The position numbers and the translations under genes are program-made. A DNA stretch of 64,000 nt from Balanoglossus misakiensis (Eukaryota > Animalia > Hemichordata). The notes below the pieces were generated by a model that was given only the letters and a program-made list of their open reading frames with translations, did not search any database and was not told the origin of the DNA. The stretch spans positions 7,672,844-7,736,843 of the forward strand of contig CM082588.2 in the NCBI GenBank assembly GCA_040954595.2. The letters run 5' to 3'. Of the stretch, positions 13,556-28,598 are shown one piece after another (positions within the stretch are counted from its first letter, which is position 1; each line of letters begins with the position of its first letter).

Positions 13556-15074
13556 TAACGCTATTAAAGACTATGTGGGTTGGCGACATTTGTATGTACA
13601 TGTACATGTAATTAGAACGTTCATAATAAATCATACATTCCTGAATTACATGTTTTGTAAAAGTTGAATTATAGTGAACTAAAATCTCGCCCGAAACTAT
13701 CAGTCTAGTGAATATAAGATTGAAGAATCCGGAAAGAAATAAGGGTATAAATTATGACATGCATTTGTTTTCCGGGGTCATCATGTAATCATATGATGTA
13801 ATGGTATAAGTTACTCTCGTGACCAGGTATCTCATGACGTCATGAAAGGGAAGTAACTTCAGGCTGGCTGAACCATAACCCTGCGTCTAATCTGTGTGTA
13901 TGCTATAATATCAGGGACTGTGGTTCAATCATATGGTTCGAGAAAAAACAAATATCTGCTTCCAGAGGATGTAGTCAAAATCCTTTATTCAACGTTTCGG
14001 CCATTCACAGAGGACCTTCATCAAGATTAAACGAGGCGCGTGGACAACCGTGTTGCGCGCCTTTCACCCCCAGTTCCCTCTTTAGAAATCCAACATAACC
14101 ATAGAAACCAATGGGTTTGGACTGAACCATGGTGGTTCAACGGAAATGGTTCACTTCTCTCGGCTTCAACCAGTGGTATCATCGCTTATCAAGCGAAACA
14201 AAAACCAAAGCGTATGTTTATGAGATCATTGTGCATATGTGATATTCCGTGGCCTTGCACGTTTTTAGACACCTATGTAGCATTTACGTGTATTGCCATT
14301 TTGGGTGCACGTATCTAAATGCTCATAAAATGTACCCGTGTGCAACACCCGCTTGAATGCTATCAATAAGTATTATTAAAACTCCACAGCGCACACAACT
14401 TTAATTTTGTCGACTCGTTCAGTTTTTTCCTCTGAATCGGAAAATCCAAGATGGGAGCGACTTTCATTCAATAGAGACATGACTCATGATATTCACACAA
14501 ATGCTTGCGCATGCGTGTTTAAAGCCCCACGAGCAATCTCGGATATGCGTTTACATGTAATTCGACAAATGATATTGTCTGATAGTACATCAAGAAAACA
14601 CTAATTATTATGACAAAATGCCAAAAAATCTAAGAAATAGGCTGTCAGTACAGGCGAAAATTCCTGCAATTTAAAAAAAGTGAAATATTACAATGAAAAT
14701 GTAATGTCTCAGCGAAGTACATTTTTTTCCTTCCATGAGTTTAGTTCCAGTGGATTAGATTTTCTTTAAAAGTGAGAAAAGCAACATTCTTGAATAATAA
14801 CGCCAGGAAGAATTCATAATTTGTTGGACTCACCGCTTTCTCTTTTGTCAATATATTAGCTTTTAATTTTCGTAAATTCCACAAAAGATCGGGTACTAAA
14901 TGCTTCCCGATTGTTGATAATTGATTGTGGTTCCTCTATACATAAGAGGGGTCGTGGTCTTCCTGTAATCGTGACCACGCTGTTATTTTATGACGAATGT
15001 GGGGGTCACACACACACTGTCACACACACACCATTATGACGGTTCTGATTAGATGCGTCTTAGACGTGTGGACC

Positions 15075-15282
15075 ATCATCATCACCACCACCACCCTCGC
15101 CGCCACCACCAAAAACACGACCAAAACCACCACCACCCTCGCCGCCACCACCACCAACACGACCAAAACCACCACCACCACCCTCGACGCCACCACCAAA
15201 AACACCAGCAAAACCACCACCCTCGCCGCCACCACCACCACCACCAAAACCACCACCCTCGCCGCCGCCACCACCACCACCC
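15075..15282. repeat. (CAC)n-rich degenerate microsatellite/minisatellite
   Basis: caccaccaccctcgccgccaccacc units; gives low-complexity ORFs in several frames. Confidence 0.85.
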
Positions 15283-15396
15283 TGATACTTTCAACGACCG
15301 GGTTTTTCGAAAAAGTCTCCGGGCCCTTGTTGTCACGGCCCCTGGTGTAGAAGTTGAACAAATCACCTTCTTTCCTGTGATTTGGCAGGTATATAC

Positions 15397-16672
15397 GGGT
15401 GTCTCAAAACACATTGTGCGACAAGAAAGTGCTAGTCGCACTTTGAGGGAAATGCTATCTGCGACCACTAGCACTTTGATTCTGCGACCACTAGCACTTT
15501 GATTCTGCGACCACTGGTACTTGCATTGTGCGCTGTGATCATTTGCGACCAACAAGCTTGAATAAAAACCAGTTTCAAAAAGCACAGTCGTATCGATCGA
15601 GGGGTTTTGAAAGTATCGCGACATTCAACTTTCTTTCAAGATGATAACTTGATATGTTGTACTCGTGTCATGTACAAAATACACGATCCACGTAATTTCC
15701 GTTTGGTTAAATACTGACCTTTCATTTCTGCTAGATCATATCCAAGTCTGATTTTACACCGACTTTAATAAGAACTCTGGTTTGTCGATTTTTGTAGCTG
15801 AGTAAAACTAGCTATTAAACGAGCGCGAAATGCGCATTTGCGATGCGATGACAACACAATCGCCATTTTTGAATGACCTGACCTTTGACATCGTAGAATA
15901 TGGTCAAGGTCGCGCTGCACTCATCAGATGAATCGCTCGATGAATCTGACTACTTGCTTCCGTGATCGGTATACTTGCCTTTAGCGGTTTTATGTCTAAA
16001 TAAAGGTAATATTTTTATGTTGAAAAACGACTGTGTGTATTTCTGTAGCATGAGTGCAGTTAAGTGTTGTGCGCGCCCACATGAACCCGTGACCTTTGCG
16101 TGTTAAAAATAGGACTTCAAGATGCCGATACGATCGAGTACAGTACTTACGTTAATAAACTTTTTCCTTTATTCTGTCTATATAAATAATGTTTTATCAA
16201 CGTTTTCTCATTGCATTGATGTTTTAGTCTGAGAGCAATACGCAGCTAGTTTTTTCATGTACAGTTGTGGTTGCATGTTTGTACAAACAGTACGGAAAGG
16301 CGACGCAACGGCCGGGGCATTTGCTTTGTTAACTCGATCAATGACTGCCGCACTTATCAACGTGACAAACTTGGGATCCGCCGGGAAAGCATTGGGCATT
16401 GACGTTGCCTTGTCGAATCGTTCACACCTCGTTACTGTCAATGGGGTATTAATTGCGCACATAAGTTACACAACCAATAAAAAATCTTGTAGCAGAATGC
16501 AAGTGCTAGTGGTCGCAGAATCAAAGTGCTAGTGGTCGCAGAATGCAAGTGCTAGTGGTCGCAGAATCAAAGTGCTAGTGGTCGCAGAATCAAAGTGCTA
16601 GTGGTCGCAGATAGCATTTCCCTCAAAGTGCGACTAGCACTTTCTTGTCGCACAATGTGTTTTGAGACACCC
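15397..16672. mobile_element. Non-autonomous TIR transposon, Sola2-like
   Basis: Long TIR gggtgtctcaaaacacattgtgcgacaagaaagtgctagtcgc..., subterminal 23-bp tandem repeats, 4-bp TSD ATAC (15393-15396 / 16673-16676), GGG...CCC termini. Confidence 0.8.
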
Positions 16673-18001
16673 ATACATAACTCGATTTGGGGAACACTCA
16701 TGGGTACCCCGCACCTTCCCTGGGAGTGCAACCACCAGGCCCTTATCTCGCGCTAGTCGCGTGATTTTCGAGATCTCGTCGGCCATATTGGTCTAACGCT
16801 TATATTAGCATATTCTGCATTTTATTTCCTTTGACCCACCAACAGTCATAATAATAGCGACTACCTGCGGAACTGATCATAGAGAACTTTTGTGAAGAGA
16901 TCAAATACTAGTATAGTGGGAAGTCACGGTTCCAAAGACACTCGTTCCCTTTTTGTGCTCGTGATAGTACATGTATTGTGAGACTTGAATTTAATCTGGA
17001 TCACTTGAAACTGAGACTTTGCACGTGATATCGGCTGATAGCGTAGTGTTCAGAATCACATGCATTTTAAGCGTGAAGTTAAGACTCTCTACCAAAAAAT
17101 GCAAATAAAGTGAATAAATTTATAAAATTCCAAAAGTCAAAACTGAATTACAGAGACCGTTTTTATATATTTTCTGCTGACATCAGAAGTTTTCTTTTTT
17201 TACTGATTTTCGTAACTTTCTCTTTTTTGGCAATAGTTAGTTTAGGATGGATTCACTTTCCAAACTTAATACACCAACTTTTGCAGTAGACTCTGATATG
17301 CTTGTTGCTATTTCTGCCACTGGTGGCGCTATTCATTCCAATCCAGAGCCCAGCCATATGGTAGGAGTCCACAGTCCGCCATCTGACCGTGATCTCAATG
17401 ACCATCATATAACAGGTAGAATTATAGCAACAAGCAGTCAACATGGCGGCAAAGTTAAATTTGTGATCATTTATTAAACTTACATATTTAACAATGACAA
17501 TAAAGGACAGTAACTTACAGATAAATGTTTGAATTTACAAGATCGACTACATACAAACGTTTAAAAGCTCATATAGTTTTATTTCAGTTTTACCCTCAAA
17601 ATTCTGAATCTTGACCCTGCTTGTACATACCCGTGTTGTATGGTTGACATGTGCACAACCTTTAACTCATAAAATACAATCTGGCGCTCAAAAAAATGAT
17701 CTGGACAAACAAATTTTATCAAAGTCTTTTCCTTCTTTTAGTGACCGACTGTACAAAAAGTAAGGTTTTTGATTAAGAATACCGAATGCTCTTATCAGTG
17801 AAAGACTTAAAAGAAAAGTGTATTTCTAAAGCCATATTTAAATATCAATCAATCAATCGATTGATCAATCAATCAATCAATCATTTTTTGGCTTTCGCGT
17901 ATTTCGCGAAAATTTATTGTTTGCGAAAATAACCTGTTTTACAGTACATGTTATTTGCTGACAAGTGAATGAATACTTGGAACGACTGAATAATGCAATG
18001 C

Positions 18002-21000
18002 TTAGCATTGCTTTGGAGGATCGTCATCCTCTACCAGCTGTTGGTTGTCAACATCGGGTAAATCTGTCGCGCCGTCCGTAGTGTCTGCCTTGCATGGTGC
18101 TACGGTTGTGGGTTTGTCTTTGGGGTCTGCAGTGTCTGTGTCTCTTTCCTTGTCATCCGCGTCCCCGTCTGCTCTCATCTCATCAGCCTGGCTGGTTTGC
18201 TCTGTTGCCATGGCAACTCGGCTTAGAACTGCTTCCTCATCATCATCCGATGCGGTAGTCTGTGGGTCTGCATCTGCACCATCGTCCGTGGGCTCACCGC
18301 CGACCTTTAGATTCTGGAATGCCCGGGCCACGCCCTGGGCCTTCAGCTTGGTTGCCATGGCCCTCACCTGGTCCGAGAAATTAGCCGAGTCGGTGGACAT
18401 GATGCCCAGCAAGTTGTCCAGTTTGGTCAAATCCGGCCGATTGGAGTCCAGTTTGAACTGCAGGCACGTGATCCCTTCTTTGGCCAGCTCCTGTACCATT
18501 CGACCTTTGCTGTGTTGGTTCGGGAGGAAGGAGACAAACACCAGTCTGGCCGGGTACACCTCTTCACGATATTTCTTGAACAGCTCCGTAAATCTGTTGT
18601 TGTGATGGAGGGAAGAACAAGATACCATCTCATATTACCGTAATCACTCCATCAGTTCGATCGGAAAAAAATAAACATGATTTGTGAAAAGACAAACTAA
18701 TAGAATAAAAATAACATAACACAAAAATGGCCACTCTAAGTTCTTGAATAATTTTTCAGGGGGCATGTTTGCATGGCATGAACTGTATGCACTATCAGCA
18801 TGTAGTTTAGGTGATATTTATGATAGAATTGAACTGTTTGAGGTCAAACACAATAAAATCAGTGAGTTCTGAATATCTTGGAAGGTCTAAGTTGCAGATA
18901 GATTCATGAAAAATACACAATATCAACGCATGCATTTTAATCAGTGGTCAAACAATTGAAGGTTAAAAAATAATTAATTTTCCAAAGAATACTGGGTGGT
19001 TGAATTAATGGAGCGGTTGAACTGATAGATTGATTACGGTATGTTGAAAGTTAGTGATTATTTTTTCATAGTACCAAAAGTTTGAAAATAGACAAAATTC
19101 TCTGTAAATCAAGCTTTACAAACTACTTGTGAAATACTAGTATATCCATTATTTACAGGCAATCCTTGTGGTAGTGATTTCATGTCGTGTATGATTAACT
19201 CTAATGCTACTGAGTGTCATATCTGTTTAGAGTGTCAAGTCCCTTAAAATACCTATGTGCCATTTTTTCTTCTAAAATATATTTTGACTGTTTTGACATG
19301 GCTCTCATACGTACTTAGACACACTTGGCAGTTTGAACCCCCATAAAATGTACCAAATTGTAATTGTACTGGTTTGGTTTGAGGGTCTTGTATAGGCCCT
19401 ACTGATTAACATGCACTTGGCAGTCTAACAGGCCTGGGAGCCAGGATTCTAGGCACCCTGGAAATAAAACCAGTTTCAACCAACTTGGCAGCGTTAGGGT
19501 CAAACAAAACTATTTGCCTCATGGTACATTGTATGACCCTCCATTTAGGAACATGAGACATTGTATGATCTTTCATTCAGAGTATACCAAATACAGTAGA
19601 CTACCCAAAATGTGCGAGTCAACATACTGCCAGAAATTTGCCAAGTTGCACAAATCCTTAAAGGGACAAAGTCTTGCTCTCGCTGCCCTTTTTCAATTAA
19701 TTATGTTTTATACAAGACACTGTTTATATTATTCTACATGTGGATATATAATGAATCAACGTTCAAATACACACAACATCCATCCAACTTGTAGACACAG
19801 GAGTGAAAAACTCGCCAGAATGAATAATCGGTCTCTAATGTTTATTCATTCTGGCAAGATTTTTACTCTCATATCCTACAAACGGGATTGAATGTTGATT
19901 CTCTATATATCCACATATCAAACATAATTAATGGAAAAGGGCCTGCGAGAGACTTTGTTCCTTTAAAATATTGAGACTTGAGATATGGCAGATTTTTTAC
20001 CTGTAGTTTTTGTAGGATAAATTCTCCTCTTCATCGGTGACAATGATGAACGTTTTCACAACTTCTTTCTTATCATAGAAGTCGTAGAGACCAGCGGCTG
20101 GTGCCGTCATGTGAGCTGTCTGTACAGTTGTGGCTAATTCCAGAGCCTGTGTTTGGAAGAAATAATGTATGGAGTGTTATAGAAGTTCTTGATGTAGGAG
20201 TATAGAAATTATGCTTTTCGTTTGTCATTGTAAATTACACTGGAAATTTACTTCAACCCTTTCACCACAATGGTTTGGTCCAAATCCATTGCTTTTTACT
20301 GTAAAGTTGGACATCTTGAAACGAGATTAGGGTAAAAGGGGTAATCATGACAGATAGTAGCCAATCACACCAAGTTAAACAAAACGTTGTCTGCTCTGTT
20401 TTCAAATGCTGGTAATCTTTAGAATGAATCATTCAATACCACAATAGGTGCAAAGCAATCACGTTTTTTGAATTTCTAAAAAAAATTGTTGAATTTTTTA
20501 CAAAAAATGTAAACATATGAGCAAAATATGAGACTGGTTCTCACAAAAGTTCACTACCTTGTACAGCAGTTACCAATCTGATTAAAATCAGATGTAGGGA
20601 ACGGCGACTTGATTTTAATCAGATTGAGCAGTTACATGCCAGAGTCTACATACCTGACTGACATTTTCTGGGAGGAATGGAGGTTCCATTAAGAATGAAT
20701 GGAAGAAGACCAACTTTGCATGCGCAATGGCTGATAACAGACTAGCAATAATTGTACTTGTGCGGATGGCAACATTCATCGATGGAGAAGCATCTCCTAT
20801 GACAACCACGGGTGCTTCTAACGGTACACTGTTGGAAAAAAATACAGAATTTCATTTATAATGAAATTTGACCGCTTGAAATCATGTGATGCAATTTTCT
20901 TCACATTTATTCATGTTTTCCCACTATTTATCACAATGTCTTTCTACAATAAGCAAGAATTTTTAAATGCAAAATGAACATTTTTTAAAGGACAAATTCT

Positions 21001-23454
21001 CTCTCTCGCTGCCCTTTTCCCATTAATTATGTTTGATACAAGACTTCGCTTATGTTATTCTACATGATGATATATAGTGAATCAATGTTTGAAAACACAC
21101 AACTTCCATCCTGTTTGTATGATATGAGAGTAAAAATCTCACCAAAACGAACAAACGGTAGAGACCAAAGCATTCTTAATGCAAAAATGACAATACACTT
21201 TTAACAAAAGTTTACTGTCATACATGTATAAAATTGCTGTTCGAGTTATCAATTATACATTCTTATTTCTATCAGGCTATTTGACTCCTGTTACGATTAA
21301 AATTAAGTTCTGAATTCTTTGAGAAATATTGGTGTTGCGGTCAGTCCAAGCAAAACAAACAACCATGGTGAAATTCTCACCTGATGTTTTGAAGTTGTTT
21401 CTCAGCTATGGGTACCAGCAGATCATAGAACGGCGCTTTCTTCAGCGATTCCTCTGTAGCTTTTGAACCAGTTGCAAACCCTCCCCCGCCATAACCCGTA
21501 CCTGAGATGTTATCTCGTAGCATTTTCATGGTCAGCAATCTTTCCATCAGTTTACCGTATGGCAAATTGACAGGGTCTCCCCTCTTCAGCCTATCCAAGA
21601 TAACCTGGTCCGTAGCCTCACAAGCCAGATCTTCATAATACCTAGTTAATACAGCATTAAAGGTATACAGTCACCTATGGAAAATTAGCTATAGTTGCCA
21701 TGGCAAATTGAGATCCAGCCAATCACAGATTTTCAGTGGGTGCCACAAGCGAAAAAAAAAAAATTCAGAACGTAAATTCCAGGTAACCGTATACCTTTAA
21801 AGGGACAAAGTCTCTCTCTCGCTGCCCTTTTTTCCATTAATTATGTTTGATACAAGACACTGTTTATGTTAATGTACATGTGGATATATAGTGAATCAAT
21901 GATCAACCACACAAAACTTCCATCGCACTTGTATGATATGAGAGTAAAAACTCGCCCAAAATGAATAAATGGTAAAGAACGATTATTCATTTTGACGAGT
22001 TTTTTCACTCTCCTGTCTATAAGAGGGATGGAAGTTGTGTGTGGTTGAATCTCATTCACTATATATCCACATGTAGAATAACAAACGGTGTCTTGTATCA
22101 AATATAATTAACAGAAAAAAGGGCATTGAGAGAGAGACTTTGTCCCTTTAACTTATCTGTCAGGACAACACAATACAGGAGTAATAGGTACCTGGTAGGA
22201 CAGAGATTGCAATGTGTGTGTTTAGCTCTGCTGCATTTATGGCTGCACATGTGAGCTGTTGTTTGCTCCCCAGGGAGTTGAAAGGAATTAATTTAAGTCC
22301 AATGACCAGTGGCAATAATTGTTGTAAAGCGCCTTGTGTACAAAGGCAAAAACTAGGTCCAATGACCAGAATAATTGTCAAAGCGAATTGAAAATGTATC
22401 ACGTAATGTGCTATATAAGAAATCAAAATTACTATTGCTAGAAAGCATGACACAACAAAGTACAGCACAGCACAGAACATACACATAACAGTGCACTGCA
22501 CTAAAAAGCAAACGTGAAATGTAATGCAATGCAATTTTTCATAAACAAGTTCAATTTTGTAACAATTGCTATGCACTTTGAATGCTGATATTATACGGTG
22601 AACAAAAATCCTGTAAAATCATTTTATTATGACTAATCTCTGAGTAATATTTATATTTCTGTATGTAATGTTTGTTGCAATTGTTTTTCTGTTTATTTAT
22701 TTGTTTGTTTGTTATTTGTTTTACTCAGAATCTTCACAGTAAACTATCTTAACACGAGTAAACCATGCTGCCTTACCACAAGAGTGTGTCAAGTTCCGTT
22801 TCATAAGTTGCAATGCGAGCCTTAGTCTCCAGGGTCAGATTGCTCTTGTAGGCTTTGATGTGTGCGTATGGCACATTGTGACCCAGGACCAACTCATTGA
22901 CGTTATCTTTATTCAAATTCCCACAGCTCTGGACCATGGACCCATCAGGTGCATCGCCACCATAGCAGTATCTTAAGAACCAGGGCAGAGTGGGGAAATC
23001 CTAGGAAGCAAAATAATTAATTGACAAATATTAGCGTTAGGGGATAAGAAGGAGTCTGAAATAAAGAAATTAGGTAAAGTTGTTTCTGGTAAAACTGGCC
23101 TACTCAAACTTCTCACCTTAACGGTATACAGTCACCTCCAATTTACATACGCCCATATATGGCTGAATGGAGTATTTGAGCATTCTAAAGAACACATGAT
23201 GGCGATCTTTTTTTCGCGTGTGCCACCCACTGAAAATCTGTGATTGGCTAGTTCTCAATTTGCCATGGTAACTATAGCTAATTTTCTGAAGGTGACCGTA
23301 TACCTTTAAAGCCCCAATAGCTGCCAATTGTTGGATTATTCATACATGTATTGTATTTTTGAACTACCTAGGTGGGTATACACAAACGCAAATACATTAT
23401 CTACTTCCCTGGTCCGCACCAGTTATGTCAAATGCATCTTTCTGGTGAAATAAA

Positions 23455-23507
<53 letters not shown>

Positions 23508-25567
23508 AATTTCTGATCGTTCATGTACATGTGAATATGTACAAGTCAAATAATAAAAGGGTGCCACACCAGTTTATTCAACTGACCGTTTCAAGACTAC
23601 ACAACTATCGCCGATGTTTGCAAAGTACAACTGAACTGATAGTTACCCTTTCCGGGTGGAAGTGACAGATATCAGCCAATCGCTTCCATGGTTCTCTCGG
23701 GAAGTGCAGGGCGTAGAACTCCAGCTGGGATTCACTCAAGGTCTTCACCCACTTCTGTACGTGCCTGGCGACAGCGCCGCTGACCGAGCCGACTTTGGGT
23801 CTCACCGCGTTCAAGTTGTCGATGTTGCTCTTCAGTTTGCCCAGCGTCTTCTTCTTCACCTTCCCCTGCATCTCCAGACGGCGCATCTTCTTCTCGAACT
23901 CCCGCACCCTCCGCCCGGAGTCCAGCAGCGTCAGGGCCTTCAGGATCTCCACCAATCCGAATTGATCCGGCTGCGCCAGGAATGCGTTGACAGTGGAATG
24001 GTCTTTGCGGGCCCATGCGGCGGCCAGGGCTCGGATCCTGGAACCTGTCATGGGACAGATCAAATTACATTAAAGGGAAGGGGTTGTCGCGTCGCGTGGG
24101 TGTCCCCCTTGATGAGAATATGTCCTCCCATACCAGCACAAACCTCACTGCAGTCGCCACGACCTACTAGGATCTTCAGTTGCTGTTGTGCCCAGTCTAC
24201 ACTACAGTTGGCTGCTTCGTTTAGTCTATGAATGATCTAATTTCAGGGATTTGTGGATGAATTGTAATGTTTATAAACAAACAAATGCAGCGCGACGACC
24301 GCCACCCTTCAATAATGACACGTGAGAGCGCAGGCAATAACAGAACCTATAGCCTGCATGTAGAGGATGGTAAATTCTGACCATGAAAATGTTGAGGCCT
24401 GAATTTTTGTGAGAGTTGAAATACACATTCAAAATACTACATGTAAGCATGTGCATTGAGAATTCCAGCTTCAGACTACATAGTCAAGTGGATAATACCA
24501 TTTCACACAAAACGGAAATATCTCTCCATCCAAATACCTCTAAAAATTGGAGGCTGGTCTGAATGTAAATACCGGCCAGTAGAAAATTAGAGGTGGTATA
24601 TTTGCAGGCTCATCCCAATTCACAAATATACAAACAAATCAGTATACTGAATCGCCAAGGAGAATAAAGCTTATAGTGTCATCTAAACCATACCTTGGAG
24701 AATTTCCACTCCATTCTTTTCCAACACTAGCATGGTTGCTAGGTAACCGTCCTTGTCTTTCGCCTGGGCGTCATAATGTTGATCCACTGTGCTTGCTGAC
24801 ACAAACAGTGCTTCAAGTCCAGCATCCTGTTGAGATGACAATAATGGTTGTGTAAAAAACTTGTGTTATTGTTTGAGAGACAGTTCAAAACCTGAAAAAT
24901 TAAGTTTGGATTAAGCGCCCTCACGTAACAGAATCTTTCAACCAACACACACAGAAAATGTGATTGAAGTTGATCGCTCCATGGAAAAATCATGAATCTT
25001 GATGATGGAAATGACTAGTATAGTGCATGAAACTCCCTATAAAACAGACTTTATTGATCTGTATTTAATCCTGTATTTAAGGCAAATTCAAGCACATAGA
25101 GGGAAATAAAGACATGTCTTGTGATGTATTTGCGGTAAATACAGGCAAATAAAGCCTTAATTTAGTTGTATATGCACTTTTTTCAAGGCAGATATATCTC
25201 CCCTTTATTTACCTGTATTTATGACAAAGTGTCAATACTTGTTTTGTTTTGTAATGTTTTAGTAACCAATGACTCCTTAAATTTTTCTTGATATGCAAAG
25301 ATACTTTGTAATGAAATTGGTTTTGTTAAAAAAAGTACCAGATAATATAGAAGACATTTGTAGAGTGATGCGCTTTCTGGTACAAATGTAAATCCAGTAA
25401 TAACTCACTTGGTTATCAAGTGACACAGTTGAATTTGCGCTTGTATCAATGCCCCAGTCATCAACTGGTGGCTGGGTGGTGGCCACACCCCGTCCCCTAT
25501 TCCCACTTCGTCCTCGTCCTCTGCCTCCACGACCGCGCCCTCTTCCACCTCCTCTTGCTCTCGGCAT
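18002..25567 (-). CDS. 8-exon gene, ~695 aa: N-terminal RGG box, TROVE/Ro60-like helical region, vWA domain with MIDAS, acidic tail
   Basis: Exons (minus): 25409-25567, 24694-24826, 23647-24044, 22777-23000, 21381-21641, 20654-20828, 20001-20146, 18002-18593; GT-AG, phases consistent, 2088 nt. Motifs VVVIGDASPSM (DxSxS), HMTAP, FIIVTDEEEN, and MPRARGGGRGRGRGGRGRGR. The TROVE assignment is inferred. Confidence 0.82.
23455..23506. repeat. (ATCT)n microsatellite
   Basis: Direct observation. Confidence 0.9.
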
Positions 25568-26021
25568 TTTTGGAGAATAATGTGTCAAGTTTTCTAAATG
25601 CTTCTACTGCTATCACTCTGAGTCACTGTGGTGAGGAAAGAAAGAGATTTTATTTCGTCAGAAGCACCAGCATACAACTTCAATCAAATGCCATAACTTT
25701 CCTTGAATGACATTCTGTATGATTAAAGATACTAGTATCCTGTATATATTGTAAAACATGACATTTTCATGAACAATCAATTTTTGCGAACTTGCAGGAG
25801 CAAAAAAAATTTGAAAATAAAAAGTCACATAAAAATGTTTTTCGGAGATAACGATGCAGTGAAATACGAAAACGCGAAAAATAATCGTCGCGTAACAGTT
25901 GCAGTTTTTGATATCACGAAAATTTCCCATTTTACAGTACACTTACTCAGAACAACCACTGGCCCTTGACTGAAATAAAGTAATAATATATGAAATTGTA
26001 TGTCTATTTGGTTCGTAATAA

Positions 26022-26786
26022 GGCTGCATTCACAAACACCTCTGGAGGGGGGGGGGGGGCAGGAGAATTGAGGGGGGGGATTTGAAAAAATTGAGGGTAT
26101 GTAAGGGGGGGATTTGAAATAATTTAGGGACTGAAAGGGGGGGGACTTGAAAACTTTAACGACTAAATATTTATTTTGAGTCCACAAAAATGCAGTTTCG
26201 CGACCTTTATTTTACAAAATTTTCTAATGTGGGAGGGGGACACCCCCTCCATTCATCAACACCTTTCAATCATTGACTGGTTTATCTAGTGTCCCAGGTC
26301 AGGGGACTTGCCCCCACCCCATGATAACTTTGAGCGGCGACGATTAAATTTGTCCTCCCCAACATACCGGTAGTTGAGTTAATTTGCTTTTGCCGGGTTC
26401 ATTAAAATGCAGCTTTGAGCTCTGTATTTTAGAAAATTTTCTTACCCACCCCCTTCAATTCTCAGTTTACAATGTCTCCCAACACAGAATACAAATATAT
26501 GTACTTAAAAAATAAAAACAATGTGCAGTTTTAATACCCACTGATGAGGGGAAACATCAGTTTCAAATTCTTTTCATGGGAGCGTTGTTTTTCTTTTTAC
26601 AAGATAGATAGGTGATGTGTTTTGCTCTGTGAAAGAAAATGGGAGGGGGGATTTCAAAATTTTGGCAGTTCGGAAGGGGGGGATTTGAAAATATTGGCAG
26701 TTCGGAAGGGGGGCATGTGAAAATTAGCGGTAAAAAAAATTGAATTCTCCCGCCCCCCCCCTCCAGAGGTGTTTGTGAATGCAGCC
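26022..26786. mobile_element. Harbinger/Tourist-like MITE
   Basis: TIR ggctgcattcacaaacacctctggaggggggg ... ccctccagaggtgtttgtgaatgcagcc, TAA TSD. Confidence 0.85.
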
Positions 26787-28598
26787 TAATATATGTTTTA
26801 CAACAGCAACAAAAATACTAATCAAAGATATGTAATAGTAATAATTAACATTTACTTTTGCGAGAAGTTCTGGAGTTCATTTAATATTTCCAGAAATCTA
26901 TTTTATTGCAAGGGGTGGGGATAAGACATGGTCATCAGTACACAAATATGTCTGCCACCACTATTCTTGTTTGAGCAGGTAAATTTGATGATGCCACAAT
27001 TGCATTCATATGCAAATTTAGGAGTAGAGCCACGTCATTCAAACATTTCAAAATGGCTTTGTCAGCATATTGCCATTCTCTCCATACATGCTAAAACCTC
27101 TGACTGAGATACTATTGTTCAGTATCTTTGCCAACACTTTTATTAAAGCAAGGTTAGATTTATGTCTTTTAATTTTTCATGTTTTTGTAAGCATATTTTG
27201 CACAATTCAGATTTCATAAACTGGATGTCTTGGATGGAACGATGCATAGCAATGATCATATGCCATTTCACTGGTACTTTTCTGTTGAAAATGCTTTTGG
27301 GTCAACCCAACTTTAACAATTGGCCAACAAATAATATTGCTGTATATGACAAGATTCATACCTATTGAATGTGCACTTTTGAAAGGAATGCTGAAAACTG
27401 TTGGAAGTAATTTTTTTTTCATATATTAATTTATTCAGTTATCCGATTCTGAAGGTTTTTGACTAAGCTTTTATTTAGACGTAAATAAAAAAAATCGAAA
27501 CTGACTGGAGGCCAGGAGGAAAAATTAAAAACCTGTGACACTTCAAGTTATTTGCCAGATTTTTGTAGCTTAGTTTAGGCGGATTGTTTAGGGTGTACAG
27601 TATAATCTTGTTAGTCACGTGACCCTCGTCTAATCACTACAGTATCAAAAACAATGTGTCATTAAAGGTGTGTTATAACAAGTTTCTTAAAAAATTATTC
27701 TAAAAATTTCCTCGATCGATTCAGATATGATTTGTAGCGAGTCGATGACGGCAATCAAAAGGCAATTAGGGCAACGCATCATGAGATCGTAGCCGTTATC
27801 GTTCCTTTGATAGAATATTCTGATTTATATGACCCCCCCCCCCCCCCCACCACCACGCCCCCTCCCCTGATATGTGCTCACCTGTGTGGCTGTATTGAGT
27901 ACCTGCTGCAGTTGGCTCGATATCGCAAAACTCGAATCGAGTGTCAAGTCTGTGCTTGTCGGATAATTCTTCTACGGTGTCATTGCAAGCGTGTGTGCTT
28001 TTAGGGTTTGCTGCGCCGCTTTTTATGTTTGGCAACACACAAACCATTGCACAATGCTTCGCAAACTGAATTAACATGACGATCGCGATCACCAAGGCAG
28101 CTTTCATCACACTGGAGTTGACCCTTGACCTTACAGGGCTATTTTAAGAACACTACGCGTATATAAGAACACTACAAGGCGATTTTCGAGCGTAAAGATC
28201 AATTTTCTGCGATTCAGCACCACACATAAGGCTGAGATGGCTGATAATAATATTGTGGGGAATAGAAGGTTCCCGTTTTCCCAGATACAAATGATTTGTT
28301 TGGGATTATTTTTCTATCGCGTAGGATTCTTAGAGAAAGCTTCTTTGTGATACGCTTCAATTGAAAGAATTATCTTACAGGACACTTGCATCAGATTCAA
28401 AGGGTAGTTAAGAGTTCAGACTGCGTGTTTGTGATTTGCTCACAGAGTTGGAATTTGCGCCTGTTTGTAGAAAATGTGAACATTTTAGTGTATCACCAAC
28501 ACTGTTCGAGTTAATCTTGGAAGTGGGGATCTTCATATATCTGCGCCCAAGTGCTTCCAGAACTGAAGTCAAGTTGTGTTTTGTGATATCGTACAAAG

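Noticed and set aside
14997-15624. His-, Thr-, Val- and Trp-rich ORFs
   Set aside because: Translations of a (CAC)n simple repeat and transposon TIR; no splice or domain support.
24739-24993. 84-aa minus ORF using the acceptor at 24891
   Set aside because: Hits a stop; the acceptor at 24826 gives the phase-consistent exon.
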